A program made the position numbers and the translations under genes. Of a stretch of 64,000 bases of DNA, positions 1 to 12,529 are shown piece after piece. The stretch covers positions 54,996,001 to 55,060,000 of the forward strand of contig NC_087437.1 of assembly GCF_036321535.1 (NCBI RefSeq), read 5' to 3'. Under the pieces are notes generated by a model. That model made no database searches, had not been told where the DNA came from, and was given only the letters and a program-made list of their open reading frames with translations. How positions within the stretch are numbered: the first letter of the stretch is position 1; every line of letters begins with the position of its first letter. Source of the DNA: Camelus dromedarius. Its lineage: Eukaryota.

Positions 1-519
1 GACTGTGGGATGCTTTTAATGACGTGTAGCGCGGGCCCCTCTAGGGGCCAGGATGCACTCTGCATGAGTGACTTTCCACTGTGAATGTTTCCCTAAGAGG
101 CATAGTTTGTAAGTTTTTGTTAATGCGAAAAGGGAACATTCGGGCACCTTTTCTGTCCTGCTGATGTGTAGGGCTATTTTTAATTTTTGTTCTTCGCTCT
201 TTTTCTGGGCTTGTGATTTTAAGGTGCCAGACTGACTGTCCTCGAGCCTGGTGTCCTCAATTTCTCCCAAGAATAGGAAAAATACGGGAGGCAGCAGAGT
301 TGGCCATGTCTGGGTCCAGTACATTAGCCTGACCCACTCAGGAAGAATATTCTCCCGGATATAAAGGAGAAGATTGTTCCTTCTGAACACCGTCCATCTG
401 CTTTCATGGCTGAGAAGATAAAACCTTGTGGTGCTGCCGCCAAGTCACTGCAGAGATTTTGGATCCAGTAAGCTCAGCCACTCATCTCCTCTGTGGAAAA
501 TCAATGTTTTCCTCTCTTC

Positions 520-792
520 CATCCGCACCTGTCCAAATTCCGTCCTTTAAGGCTGATCTTAAATGCCTCTTGCTCCACGAAGCCTTTTCTGAGCCCTCTC
601 ACACGTGAGTTTCCTCCCACATCTCCGTAGCCCTTCCTCATGTGACACCACATTTTATCATGGGATTGTAGGGTGCATATAGTTTCATAATTGATGTAAA
701 AGGGACTGACACTGTCTGATTTATTTCTGTGTATCGTACAGAATAGAGTACTGGGCAAAGAGTAAATACCTGGGGAATGCCTGTTGAATACA
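520..792 (+). mobile_element. L2 LINE 3' end fragment
   Basis: ccttaaggctgatcttaaatgcctct..gaagccttttctga-type L2 segment ending gaatgcctgttgaat. Confidence 0.55.
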
Positions 793-1039
793 AAGAGAAT
801 TCCAAAGCTTAGCTTTTTGTCCTGACCTTTAGGGCTCTCCTCTGACCTTTCTCTCCCTTTAATCAGTGATTGAAATTTCCTCCCGGATCCTAATGGGTAG
901 CTCTCAAACTCTCCATTAACCATGTGGGCTCAGGCTCCTGGATTCCAGATAGTACAGCTCGGGCCACCATGGCCTGGATCATAATTGCTGCCTGCACCTG
1001 CCTGGTAGACCGCCATGACCGAGAGTCAGTAACATTTGG

Positions 1040-2100
1040 CTAGAACAATTTTCTTCCAAAGTGTAGTCCACAGATCACTGGTAGTCCCTGACAGAGTATC
1101 AAGGAATCCAGTTTGGTGTCGAGAGAAGGAAAGAGTAATAAAAGTTATTTTGTAGACTTGCATTTAACAGATCTGAAATGTAGAAGTACAGTATTCACAG
1201 GAATCCAATATGCTCTTAATCAATCACCCTGTTCTTAAAGACTGCTTGCGTACCACACAACCTGGCGGTGCTTAGCCCGTGTCCAGTAACAGCGTTGATC
1301 AGTGTTGCTGATCGCTGTTGTTTACCTGATGTTCAGTAACAGTGCCATTCAGCTCAGAGCATTTTCATGTCATTAGTGTTTTTCTCTGCTGCTGTAAAAC
1401 CTGCATTTTTTTATTATTGCTATTGTATTACACTGTTTCTTCAGTTCACCAAATAGATCAGTGATTTGAATGTGATTCTTACAAAAAAATAGTAATAAAG
1501 AAAATGCCATAAATACCACTTCAGATTAATATTACAAAGGTAAATTTTAGTGAACGCAATTCTAATATAAATATTGGAAATGAATCTGTATACACTGGGG
1601 TGAATGTGCTGATTTTACACAAGCACTTGAAAAAGAAAACTCTGAATGCTATGAGGATGATGTAATTTTTAAATTATATTTTATGGATTGGTAATCCATT
1701 TGCCCGAAATCTCCAGTATGTTTTCTGTAATGAAGTGTTGTCAGATAATAGCATGAAGCTCTTAGAATTTTTAGCATCTTTTTTTTTTTTTAATATAAGT
1801 ACTGGGGATTGAACCCAGGACCTTGTGCATATTAAGCACACGCTCCACCACTGAGCCATTTCCCTCCCTGCTAGCATCCTTTTCAAAAATAATAGAGTGA
1901 GCTTTCTAGTAAGCCAATTAAGTTTTTAGAATCATCACCAAAGTAGTGCCATGTGGAAAATCTCATTTTATTACCAAAGGCAATAAAAGTCCAAAATTTT
2001 AAAGCACCTTCCTAAGGTTATACATCTTATAATGAAAACAGATACAAGTTCATTCCTGAATAGAAGTTTGCAAATCAAGCCAGAAAGTTTATTACAAATA
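1040..2100 (+). mobile_element. Decayed hAT-Charlie-like DNA transposon remnant, interrupted by a SINE
   Basis: Terminus-like ctagaacaattttcttccaaagtgtagtccacagatcactgg; tggattggtaatccatttgcc (1684-1704) reads WIGNPFA, like the WIxNPF motif of Charlie/Buster transposases. Boundaries uncertain. Confidence 0.4.
1779..1871 (-). mobile_element. tRNA-derived SINE (Vic-1-like, camelid), short form
   Basis: Reverse strand gggagggaaatggctcagtggtggagcgtgtgcttaatatgcacaaggtcctgggttcaatccccagtac plus A tail; Pol III A and B boxes; TSD tagcatc at 1772-1778 and 1872-1878. Confidence 0.88.
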
Positions 2101-2509
2101 TATAAAAGTTTTTATCAAATGTCAAGTATGATATAAAGACTGCATAAAAATATTAACTATGGTGGAGGCGGCTCGATTTCCAAGAGTTTAACCATTTTTT
2201 CAGCACCTGGTATTTCTTATTAGTTAGGGGGGAAACGATCTATAGTGTGGGCTATATTTTAAAGATGCACTCAAATCCTGCGAGAAAATATACAAAAATA
2301 CTTTCTAGGGCCAACACAACCTGAGAGAATTAGAAATATATTTGCTTCTTTTCTCCCAAGTTGAAACACGGAAAACTCTCCCCTCTTTTAGGTGTGAAGC
2401 GGGTGTCAATCCAATGTGATGGATTGCTGACAGCAGCCTTTAGTGAGAAATCTCTCCATAGTGCCAGCTGTGTTCAGTGTTGATGCACAGAACTCCGCAC
2501 AGCCAAGAC

Positions 2510-2765
2510 AGCATAGCGGTTAGGACCACCCACCCTGACGCTAGACTGCTTGGGTTAAAAGTGAGCTAACCAGCTTTGTAACCCAGTTTCCTCATCTGTC
2601 TTTTAAGGCCTCAGGAAATATGTCTCGTATTTTACACTCGACATCCACAGGAAAATCACAGTACCTGTTGTATCGGTTTTTGTGAATGTGAAGTAAGTTA
2701 ATGCATCTAAAGCACCTCGAAAATGCCTGACACTTGTGCAGCAGGGGTGAGCTGTATTGTAGCTT
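2510..2765 (+). mobile_element. MIR SINE
   Basis: gcatagcggttagg..., core cagtttcctcatctgt, tail gtgaagtaagttaatgcatctaaagcac. Confidence 0.65.
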
Positions 2766-3094
2766 CTCTGTAAAAGCCTGCCGGTTCTTGCTGACATTCC
2801 CAGTGACCTGAAGTTACTTGTTAAGACTTTTAACCTTTGTAGAAATAATAAAAAAACCTGAAAGGGGACCTGACCCGCGGCTCAAGATTCCCACAGTGAA
2901 GCCAGATCTGGGTACAGACTGCAGCCAGTGTAATGCCTCTCACTGACATACAGGGTTTCCTTAAATGACATTTTAATGTTACGATTCAAAACTTAATACA
3001 TTTATTTCAACCTAAACACAATGTCTGTTTGTGGTCAGAGGCCCCATGCATCAAATTAGTAATCTGGAAGTTTGCAAAATGCTGGGCTGGACAG

Positions 3095-3375
3095 TGACGA
3101 CCAAGGTTCTGAGGGACTCAAAACTGTACTGTGCGTGAAACTGTTGCACAATTTAGAGCTGTTCAAACTATGAACAGACTTGGAGGCAATGATAACTGAA
3201 CTGTAGTATCTCAAAGGACGTCAAGTGTAAAAGAGGAGACGTATTTTATGAGGCCTTAAAAGACAGAACTGGAACTATTGGGTAACAGAATGAGGCAGCA
3301 TTCCAGGTCACTATGAGAAAGAACTTTCTAGCAGTCAGCACTGCCTGGAAATAAAAGGGACCACTTTTTTATCTG
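3095..3375 (+). mobile_element. L3/CR1 LINE 3' fragment
   Basis: gacagaactggaactattgggtaac..ttccaggtcactatgagaaagaactttctagcagtcagcactgcctggaaataaaaggg resembles the L3 3' consensus. Confidence 0.55.
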
Positions 3376-3559
3376 TCTGTCACTGAGGGCTGGATGCAGA
3401 GATTTTGCAACCCAGGCTTTTGTGAAAGGAGTTGAACTTTGAGTTTGGACCCAGTTCCCTGACAGTCACACTGGATGCAAGGTCTCTCCAGGGAGAAAGA
3501 CTTTCCTGGACTACGCCTTCCACGCCTACGCTCCTGAGTCATGTTCTCTTAACCCTTGC

Positions 3560-3715
3560 GTGTGAGACTAGAGGCAGAGCCCTGGCTTTGACAACAGGAG
3601 ACCTGAGTTCTTCTCTGTCACTTTCTGTGGGACCTTTGCTGTGACGGTCAACCCCTCAACTGACTCATACAATCCCCATCATGCTGGCCTTGCAGGGGAT
3701 GGTGGTGGCTGTAGT
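3560..3715 (+). mobile_element. Degenerate MIR SINE
   Basis: gcagagccctggctttgacaacaggagacctgagttc head and ttgcaggggatggtggtg tail. Confidence 0.45.
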
Positions 3716-3856
3716 GGTCCTCTTGCTCATGATGTTGATGGCGGTATCGGTGGTCCTGTGGCTGCTGCTGGCATTAGGGATCTGCTGTCTCCCCCAGGCT
3801 GTCTTCTTTAGAAGGACAGAACATGTTCTTAACAGCCAACCCCCTTTTTCTTTCAG

Positions 3857-4026
3857 GCCGCTGTGCTCGCTGTGGGGAGAACGTCGTTGGGGAAGGTACA
3901 GGATGCACTGCCATGGATCAGGTCTTCCACGTGGACTGTTTCACCTGCATCATCTGTAACAACAAGCTCCGCGGGCAGCCCTTCTACGCGGTGGAGAAGA
4001 AAGCCTACTGCGAGCCCTGCTACATT
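3857..4026 (+). CDS. LPP: Internal coding exon of LPP (lipoma-preferred partner, zyxin family) encoding LIM domain 1
   Basis: Translates to (G)RCARCGENVVGEGTGCTAMDQVFHVDCFTCIICNNKLRGQPFYAVEKKAYCEPCYI, a complete LIM motif C-x2-C-x18-H-x2-C-x2-C-x2-C-x17-C-x2-C matching LPP LIM1 as I recall it. Acceptor cccctttttctttcAG at 3855-3856, donor GTAAGT at 4027; 170 nt, phase 1 start, phase 0 end. Confidence 0.96.
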
Positions 4027-5829
4027 GTAAGTTCAGACGTGGTCCCCGGGTACTGGACAAAGACAGCTTCTGTCACTCCAGATCAGATGTAGCCATCAGA
4101 TCTTTACTTCTCATCAGATTTCAAAATGCGTGTGTGTGTAAATTTACACACCTTCATTTTCATCCATACATCCCCTGTTCATATGAAGTCAAAAGGTGCA
4201 TCGGACGGGGCTACCCTTCAGTTAGTGGTCTGCCGAGGACACCATCACCCCCTGGCTTACAAGCATATATGTACAAGCTAGCACGTTTCCCCTTGAAGCA
4301 TCAGAAGGCTTCCTGAGTAGCAGAGTCACCTCTAATCATTTAAGTCTAACTCTGTATTTGAAGCCGTAGAGAAATATCGCAGGGCCTTGAGAATTGTGAG
4401 TGCTCTTTCAAACTCCTGGGTCCTTTGAATCACCTTCCCCCCACCGCACCCAGAATGTTTCTCACCTGTCATACCCAGCAGGGTTTCAATGATGCATTTA
4501 GAGAAACTCTTTAGGATAGAGGACCTTAAAGGGAAAGAAATAGTCATGCTGACTGAGCTAATAGTTTTCTTTTTAAAATATACAACTATATTTTAATAAC
4601 ATACTGGGCGACTAAGAAATCCTCGCAGTCACATTATCTTAGCTGTTTGCCAGGCTACTTAAATCTACACACTCAGGTATCTTCTGACAGAGCAAGTTGA
4701 TGAATGAACATAAACTTTTTAAATCTAAAGTAAATTTTCTTGCTATCCTGCATGACTTTAGCTCTCTGTTTAACACTTGTTAGTGGAAAAAAAGTAGTAC
4801 TTTTTGCAAATCCACAAAAAAAGGGCATGATTTGGCCTTCAGTGTCCAGACATTTCAATATAAGAGAAGCCTCGGGTGCAAGCTATTGAGAGTCATACAT
4901 AACTTTGAAAATCCCTAAGGTTGAAGTTTATTGCAGAAGTTTCTGGCTTCATTGGTATTTTCCATAATCTGACAGCTCTAACTCATTGCAGCCCTGGAAT
5001 CTGTAGCACAGGTCTGAAATTTCTTCACGAGTAAGATCTGTAAGATCTGTAAGAATTAAATATTGTTTTGCATCTCTTAGGTTCAGTTTTATTTCATTTT
5101 TCTCCCCAAAGGCAACGTAGACGCATACAGCATCATTATAGTGCCACATTATGTTGGAGCTGGAGGAAAAACAAAAAGCTTAAGATCATTTGTCTAACTC
5201 CTCTCTTCAGAAGTGAGAATACAGAGATACAGAGAGGAAGAAAAGTGACTTCTTATGTTCTTTTATTAGTGTCAGAGTCAGGACTGTATTCAGTTGTTCA
5301 AACTCCTAGTCGCATATTCCTTGCAGACACAAGGCTTAGTTTTTCCAGAACACAGGCACAAACACGGTGATGACCCATTGATTTGGAAGCAACAGTTGCA
5401 TATCAGGGGAAGTCTAGTGCACAAAAACTTACCTCTGTAGGAAATAAGACTATTTCAAATATCACTGTTTGAAATCTTTGTTGAAAGAGAAAATTACAGA
5501 ATTCCCTGCCATTGTAAACAGACTGTGTGACTGCCATTCACAATGACCTAGGACCGCAGTGAAGTTATTTACGGCAGTGAGCTATGGCAGTGACGTGAGC
5601 AGAGCCTCTGGAAGCACCTCCGGCTGTTTTTCTGTACACTAGGTGACCGCAGCCGGCTGTGTTTTTTTGTAGTTCTTGTGTCTGTTTTTCACCTTTTTTT
5701 TGACTGCATTGTTGATTCTTGCTACTTGAATGAGACTCCTGTGGCTGCCCCCTTCAGTTTTCCTTTTATTTCTTATGAGCCAGGAATCACATGAACAGTA
5801 CTGGGAAACAATGTAACACTGTATGACGA

Positions 5830-6030
5830 CCGTGAGTTTGAATTTGATTCCATCACTTAATACTTTGTCTCCTTGGGAAGGCGACATGATCTTTCTAAGC
5901 CTCAGTTTCCTCATACACATAGCGGTGACTGCAGGATTCTCCCCAAAGGCTCGCAAAGATGAAATGAGGCAGTCCTTGTAAGGCACACTTGGCTGGCTCA
6001 GGGAATGGTAATGGAATGAATGTTATTCTG
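5830..6030 (+). mobile_element. MIR SINE
   Basis: Core ctttctaagcctcagtttcctcat, tail gatgaaatgaggcagtccttgtaaggcac. Confidence 0.65.
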
Positions 6031-6999
6031 AGATTAATTTTGATAAGATTTCTGGCCTATTTAGCATTTCTGAAAGTGAGGACCTTACATGTGCAGTGAG
6101 ATGCATCGGGCTTTGGGAAATCGTTCCAATCTCTCAGACGTACCCGTCTCCCGTTCTTAAATGCTTTGCTTGCTCTGTGGGTTTCTGCTGTGCTGAGGTG
6201 AGGTCTCCATCTCCACTCCAGGCACAGCAGCTCAGCAGTTCTTGAGGGTGCATTTCCTTCTGCTTTAGTTGCCCGTTCCTGTACTGTGCTCATGATAGGG
6301 AGCACTATCTGGGTGATGTTTAATCACATCCTTGCAAGAAGTGAGTGAATTCAAGTAATGGAATTTCTTACCATCCTTTTTGACTTCACTCCCTCCTAAG
6401 AAACTTTAATCAAGATTTTTCTTTAATGAAATGTATCCGTGGTGACTCTAAATGTAATTTAATTCTTATCAGAATTCAGTTAAGCTTTACTCAAAGACCC
6501 CTGTTCGATACTGATTTCAGAGTTCAGCACAGCCCTCAAGCCCGCAGATGGATGTTTTAGCATTTTAATGTCTTCTGAACTTTCCTAAGTGCAATGAGCT
6601 GCCACGCTAAAAATGTAAAGAGTTTCTCTTCAGGAGGTTGGGAAAGCTAGGAGAATAAAATGAGACAGCTTTGTTTTGAAGATAGAGTTTGTGTTAAGGA
6701 GGACCCTAGGGCTGTGTGACCTTAGACCAGGAAGCCCTGTGACCAGGAAGCACCTGTGATGTCATCCAGTCAAACTGCGTCGTGTTCCATTAGTAGAAGC
6801 AAGATGTCTGAGACGTCCTGTACAAAGCAGAGAAAACCTAGGCCCTGGGCCTCAGTCTGTGCTCTTTTTTTTCATTGATAGAATCAGCATATTGAAGTTA
6901 GTTAAGTTAGTTAACTATTTCTGTGTAAGGACCACACTGTTTGATGCTCTGAGTTCTGGAAGGAGACCGGTCTGATATAAATTTAATTTATTTTATTTT

Positions 7000-7790
7000 T
7001 GCTTAAATTGGTACTGAAGAACTTAAGATCATGTTTAAATTAAATATTTACATAATGTGGAGAGCAAATATACCAGCGGTGGCTTTATCTTTGATTCAGT
7101 GACTATTTGCATTTTCCTATGGTCTCCTGAATCCTTAATCCTTACATGTACATAGCTGTAATTAAACAAATTGGACTCAGTAAGGCATTGTAATTCTCTT
7201 TAATCACTTTATACATGCTTTGTTTTGAATTTTCCATTGATTGACCTCATATGAATATGTATATAGCTTTCCACTGTTAATGATTTCCATTTTTAGCTTT
7301 TTATCTGTTAGCTGTACCTTATGCTTACACACTACATTTTAAAGCCATTTGCCACTAGAAAGATATCAGATATTCTCCAGTCTTTCAGTATTGTAAATAA
7401 CATGCCTATAAGTAACTGAGTAAAAGTTTTTATGTTAGTTTACTTTGAATTACTTCCTTAGCATAAATTCTATGATTTATGCTACCAAGTTTACTTTATG
7501 GCAATTTGGAGACCTTTTACTAGATTTCTTTAAAAAGATTTTTCCAATTTACAGAACCACCAGCAATAATGAGACCAAATGTTAAGCTATACCTTATCCA
7601 GTGTTGAAGGGGTTTCTCTATGTTAATTTTGCACCAATTTAATAAGTGAATTATGCAATAGTTATTTTAAGTTTTATAATTAGCAAAATCAATGAAATGC
7701 TTTTCTGCTTTGGTGATGGATCTCTTAAAGGCTTAGTTTTGATTGTTCTTATGAGTTTGTATAAGTGAACAGATTAAAATTAAGAGCACC
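7000..7790 (-). mobile_element. Old L1 (L1ME-like) 3' region
   Basis: AT-rich; tccagtctttcagtattgtaaataacatgcctataag, gcataaattctatga, ccaatttacagaaccaccagcaat are typical of antisense L1M 3' ends. Confidence 0.5.
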
Positions 7791-9539
7791 AAGCTTCCTT
7801 GGGAAGAAAAGTGATGTAAATAGAATACATTGGTTTTAGTCCTTGCTCTCCTGGTGTGACGTTAGATAAGTCATTTAATTTATGAATACCAGTATCCTCG
7901 CTTATTAAAGGGAGGTGCTAACTTCCTCCCTGTCTTCAAAGGGAAGGAGTAAACAAGTGTGATATTTTGTGTATCATGAAGAAATCGTTTACTAATATAA
8001 GGGCTTAACCTGGTTAATAACATTATTATCATTGCTTTTTCCCTTAGCGTAATCTGATAGAATTTAGAAATCCTCTAAGTTTGGGGTAATTTCATAGCTG
8101 CAGTTGCTATGGAAATACTGAAATAAATAGATGTCATAGAAGGAATATGAGGACATACATGAGAAGAGGTTCATGTCTTGCTTAAGAAGATTTTTATGTT
8201 GGTGTGGGCAGCAACAGTGCCTCCCACTTCCGTGTCCTTCTGCCCTTAATGAAACAGGTTTACTCATAAGTACAGATTTACCAAAGAATTGCTGTGTTCG
8301 TAACGTTGCCAGAGAGTCTGGGCCTAGAGACACAGTGCATCAGAAATTCTCAGCAAGTCTGTTTATGAAATGGCAGCCAAAGATCTTCCCCTAAACCAGG
8401 GCTCTTACTCAGAGTGGATCAAATCCAACTCCTAGCACTCCAGCAGTGGAAGTTGGTACAGACGTTTTTATTAGAGTTACAATCCAAGTGATTAAAAGAC
8501 CTCAGGAAATAGGAGGCCAACTCCGCAGGAGACTAAACACTTTAAGGTTCCTGAATTTGATGCATTAGTGGCCAACACACTGACGGCCTTTTGCTCCTTA
8601 TGTCACTAAATGGCTACAGTTAAAACATTCTAACTTTTCAACCTGCATTAAGAGGTTGGTTTTGTACCTCTGCAGGAAAGTTGTCCTTTTATATGCTCAA
8701 CTCCTCCTAATAAAGTGTTTTAAAAGCAGTTACGGCCAGTGCTTTATGTGGGTATTAGGAAAGGACCTGAGAGTTTGGACTGAACTTGAAAAAATTCACA
8801 TGAACTTCCCTTCTCCTCTCTTTTTTTACTACCCACCTCTGTTCTCTCATCTCCAAGGAGTGTTTGTCTGTCTGTGTCTCCCTTGCACTAGATCCTGCAC
8901 ACCATACACACACACACACACACACGCATATGCACTTTCTTCTTAATGTTACGTTGTCATCCCGCAAGCACTCTCCCAGGAAGGAGAAAAAATGGTTCAA
9001 GAGAGAGGAAAATTTGTCAAGTATGCTCTTGAGAGATTTAACCGTGCTAACTGCTGTGAATAGCTCTCTCTTCCATTTGTGCAGCCCTGTATATTTTACA
9101 GTGTCCCTGGGCCTCTATTCCTGCACCCCACCATCCCTGTCAGAACCTTGTGAAGCAGACGAGGGGGAGGTTATTAGTCCCCTTTACAGCGGCTTTGATA
9201 TTTTCAAAGTAAAAGACAGAATGAAGACTAGGGACAGCTCCTCTAACTTGAATTTTATGGCTGGAACCATACGACTGCCCCGCAACGAGTGTTGAGCCTC
9301 CTAAAACTGTGCAGCTACTGACAGCCCCCTGGGAGTATAGCCATTGATTCTCACGATTTTAATTGACAACCACATGAATCATACCTTCCAGTATTACAGA
9401 ACCTGAAATACTGAACTTCTACCAAAGTAAAACCAAAGCCCCTGTCTTTTCTTAAGCATTTACATATAGCTCTCCCTGAAATGCCCCAAGTTTTAAGGCA
9501 AAAGCCCCTTTTTTATGGTTAAAAATAATCATAGTAATA

Positions 9540-9765
9540 ACTAACATTCATTTAGTGCTTTAACTTTTACAGAGCACTTTTCTTTTTCTCCTGTCACTCT
9601 CTAACGGTCTTAGAAAATAGGTACAATTATTATTTTCCTTCATTTCCACTATTAAGAAGTTGAGTTTTAGGGAAAAAAATCAGCTTGCTCATTTCCAAAG
9701 AACGTGAGTGTCAGATTCAAGACTTGACCCTGGCCTTTGAGTCTCAAGTCCAACTCTTTCCACAC
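9540..9765 (-). mobile_element. MIR SINE
   Basis: aacattcatttagtgctttaac..aggtacaattattattttcc..gaagttgagttttagg..attcaagacttgaccctgg. Confidence 0.55.
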
Positions 9766-12252
9766 ATCCAACAAATCCCTGGAAATCTCATTTATTATTA
9801 CTAGGTTTCCTTTTTTCTTATTTTTTTCTCTTACCATATTGAACTTAGAATACTTTTTCTTGTAGTAGTAATTCTTTAAAAAATAATAACAAGAAACTCA
9901 GTTTTTAAGTGTGATAGGCTTATTAGAGAAAAATTAGAAAATATTTTTAAAAGGTATGTAACTCTCCTATCTAAATATTATAACAGCTTACATTTTACCA
10001 CATATTCTTTTTCTATTTCAATGTACCTATGTATGGATATGTGTTTATAGATACAAGCACATATTATGTAAATGTTTGCACACACACACTGAAATCATAC
10101 CATCCATACTAATTAATAACTTGCTTTCATTACCTAACAGCATATCAAACTGCCTTCTACAGAAATAGTTTCTTTTAAATATTCCATGGACATTCAAAAA
10201 AGATGTATATCACTTACATACCCTTTCTGAAAAACTGACTCAAAGAAATATTCCAGCAAACCAATAAATTAATCAAAAAGTGTGTAGGAAGTCCGGAACA
10301 AATAAAATGGTGATAAGCCATGAATCAATAAAAGTAATAGTTAAGGATGTAGGGAAAGATGCAATGGCAAATTTAGACCAGAAAAAAATAATATTAATTA
10401 CCTAGTAACTACAATATTAATAACAGACAAAGTACAATTCAGGACAAAACTATCAAATGAGCCAAAGAACATTATTTTATTGATAAATGTCACAGTTCCT
10501 GAATAGCCATGAGCCTTTTTTCATTAAATAGCCTTACATTGAAATATATGATACAAAAATATTGAGGAAATACAAGATGAAAATGGTAAAAACCATAGTT
10601 TTTATAAAACTTTAACACATTTCTTGCAGTCTCTGACAAAGAAATTATATAAGTTGAATAATATGGTTAATATGATTGATTTAATCCGTACAACCAAAGA
10701 GATTATATCTCTTTTCCAAATCTTCACGGAAGGTTTAGAAAAGCATCATATCATAGTCTAAAAGGAAAATGTAGACAGTTCCTACTTTGGCTGGCAGAGC
10801 TATACATAGCAGTACAGTATGACAAGAAGTCTATAAAAGGATAAACAAATAATCACACAAGGTAAACAATTGTTGGGAAGTAGTGATAGTGATAACGCTG
10901 CGTGACAAGGAGAATGACGTGCAGCCAGAGTTGAATTCCAAGTAAAGTTAGAATCATTCATTGTAACAAAAAAAGAGTGTAAACATATGGACCTAAAAAA
11001 CTAGAAAAGGACAACAAAATTAACCCAAAGGTAGAAGGGATTAGTTAAAATAAAAGCACTTATTGATAAATTGAGAAATAGTAGAATTTTTAGGTCTAGG
11101 AGATGATGGTTCTTTGAAAAGCACAATAAAATAAACATCCAGTGAAGATAATCAAGGAAGAAAGGGAGAAACAAAAATTACAGAAAATTAGGAATGAAAA
11201 AGAAGCTTTTAGCATGGGTGTAGAAGACATTTTAAAATTATTGCAGTTAAAATTTTATATAAAAGAGGCTATTTTCTGTGTAAATCTAAATACAGGGGAA
11301 GAAGAGTTAAATAACCTCATAAACCTGGATGAAATGCAGAGCTACCGCCTGAGAAAGAACCAAGAAATTTCACTAACAGGATTCTTCAGATCTTTGAAGA
11401 ACAACTGATTTCTATGCTATTTCAACTTTCAGAGCCCAGAAAGAGAAGATAAACTTTTCAAATCATCTTGTAAAGCTAGCCTGATCCCGATTAATAATTC
11501 CTAACCTAGTTTGGCCCCCAGAGAACACTCTCTGCTAATCAACCTTTTGTAAATGCAGAAATTCTAAATGAAATGTTAGCAAATTGAGTGCCACGTAATG
11601 AAACATCTGAAGTTATTCCATGATTCCAATGTTAGGACAATGTCAGGAATATTGTAACATAATTCATTGTATTGATATATCAAATTAAAAAAAGAAAACA
11701 ACCCTAGATAATCATCTCCATAGATGTCAAGGGGATATTTAACAATATTTATCACAACATTCTTGTTTAAGAGCAAAAACAACTGCAAAAACTCAACAAG
11801 CTCTAAGTAAAGTAGAAGAACAGGACAGATATGTTAAGTTTAAGGGAATAAAACAAACCAATGATAAGGCTTCTGCCTAGATTTTCCCAGGAAGGCACAA
11901 GATCCCTGCTATTAATATTATTCTTAACATTCTAGCCTTTGTAATGGAAATTTGGAAACAAAGGATATATACATATATATGCCTTTTTTGTTTTATATAT
12001 GTTATGTTTCAATTATATAATATTTCTAACACATCTAAAGATATAAAACATAGTAAGATGGAATTCCATGTATCCACTATCTAACTTAAGGAATAAAATA
12101 TTAGGAATTTAGTTGACATCCCTTAGGTTCTTGTCCATAATCACAGCCTCAAGACTCCTGTACAGAGGCAGCTACTATGCTAAATTTGTTTTTTATCATA
12201 TCCCTGCATTTCTTTATAGTTTTACTACATATTTGTGTGCATATATACAGAT

Positions 12253-12303
<51 letters not shown>
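12253..12303. repeat. (GATA)n microsatellite, ~12 units
   Basis: Direct reading. Confidence 0.97.
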
Positions 12304-12325
12304 CAGTGTTGCTTATATATCGTGT

Positions 12326-12529
12326 GTTTTTTTTTTTATTTTTATCAAAGTATAATTGATTTACAATGTTAGTTTCAGGTGAATAGCAAAGCGATTCAGT
12401 TATACATATACATACATATATATTTTTTCTTTTTAGATTCTTTTCCATGTATGTTATTACAAAATACTGAATATAGTTCCCTGTGCAATACAGTAGTTCC
12501 TTGTTGTTTATCTATTTTAAATATAGTAA
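12326..12529 (-). mobile_element. Younger, heavily 5'-truncated L1 3' end (artiodactyl-type)
   Basis: Poly-T then aagtataattgatttacaatgttagtttcaggt..atatagttccctgtgcaatacagtag; TSD atatcgtgt at 12317-12325 and 12530-12538. Confidence 0.85.

Larger units (their letters stand above)
1..3856 (+). other. LPP: 3' part of the LPP intron upstream of the LIM1 exon
   Basis: Ends in a polypyrimidine tract plus AG; candidate branch point CTTAAC at 3828-3833; no other LPP-like coding sequence seen. Confidence 0.85.

Noticed and set aside
3681..3959. 92-aa ORF with a hydrophobic, signal/TM-like N-terminus overlapping the exon in another frame
   Set aside because: The hydrophobic run comes from a MIR tail plus degenerate GTG/CTG/ATG triplets in the intron; no promoter or splice support.
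3823..4092. 89-aa ORF as a stand-alone single-LIM protein
   Set aside because: Canonical splice sites delimit 3857-4026; the flanking residues are intron read-through.
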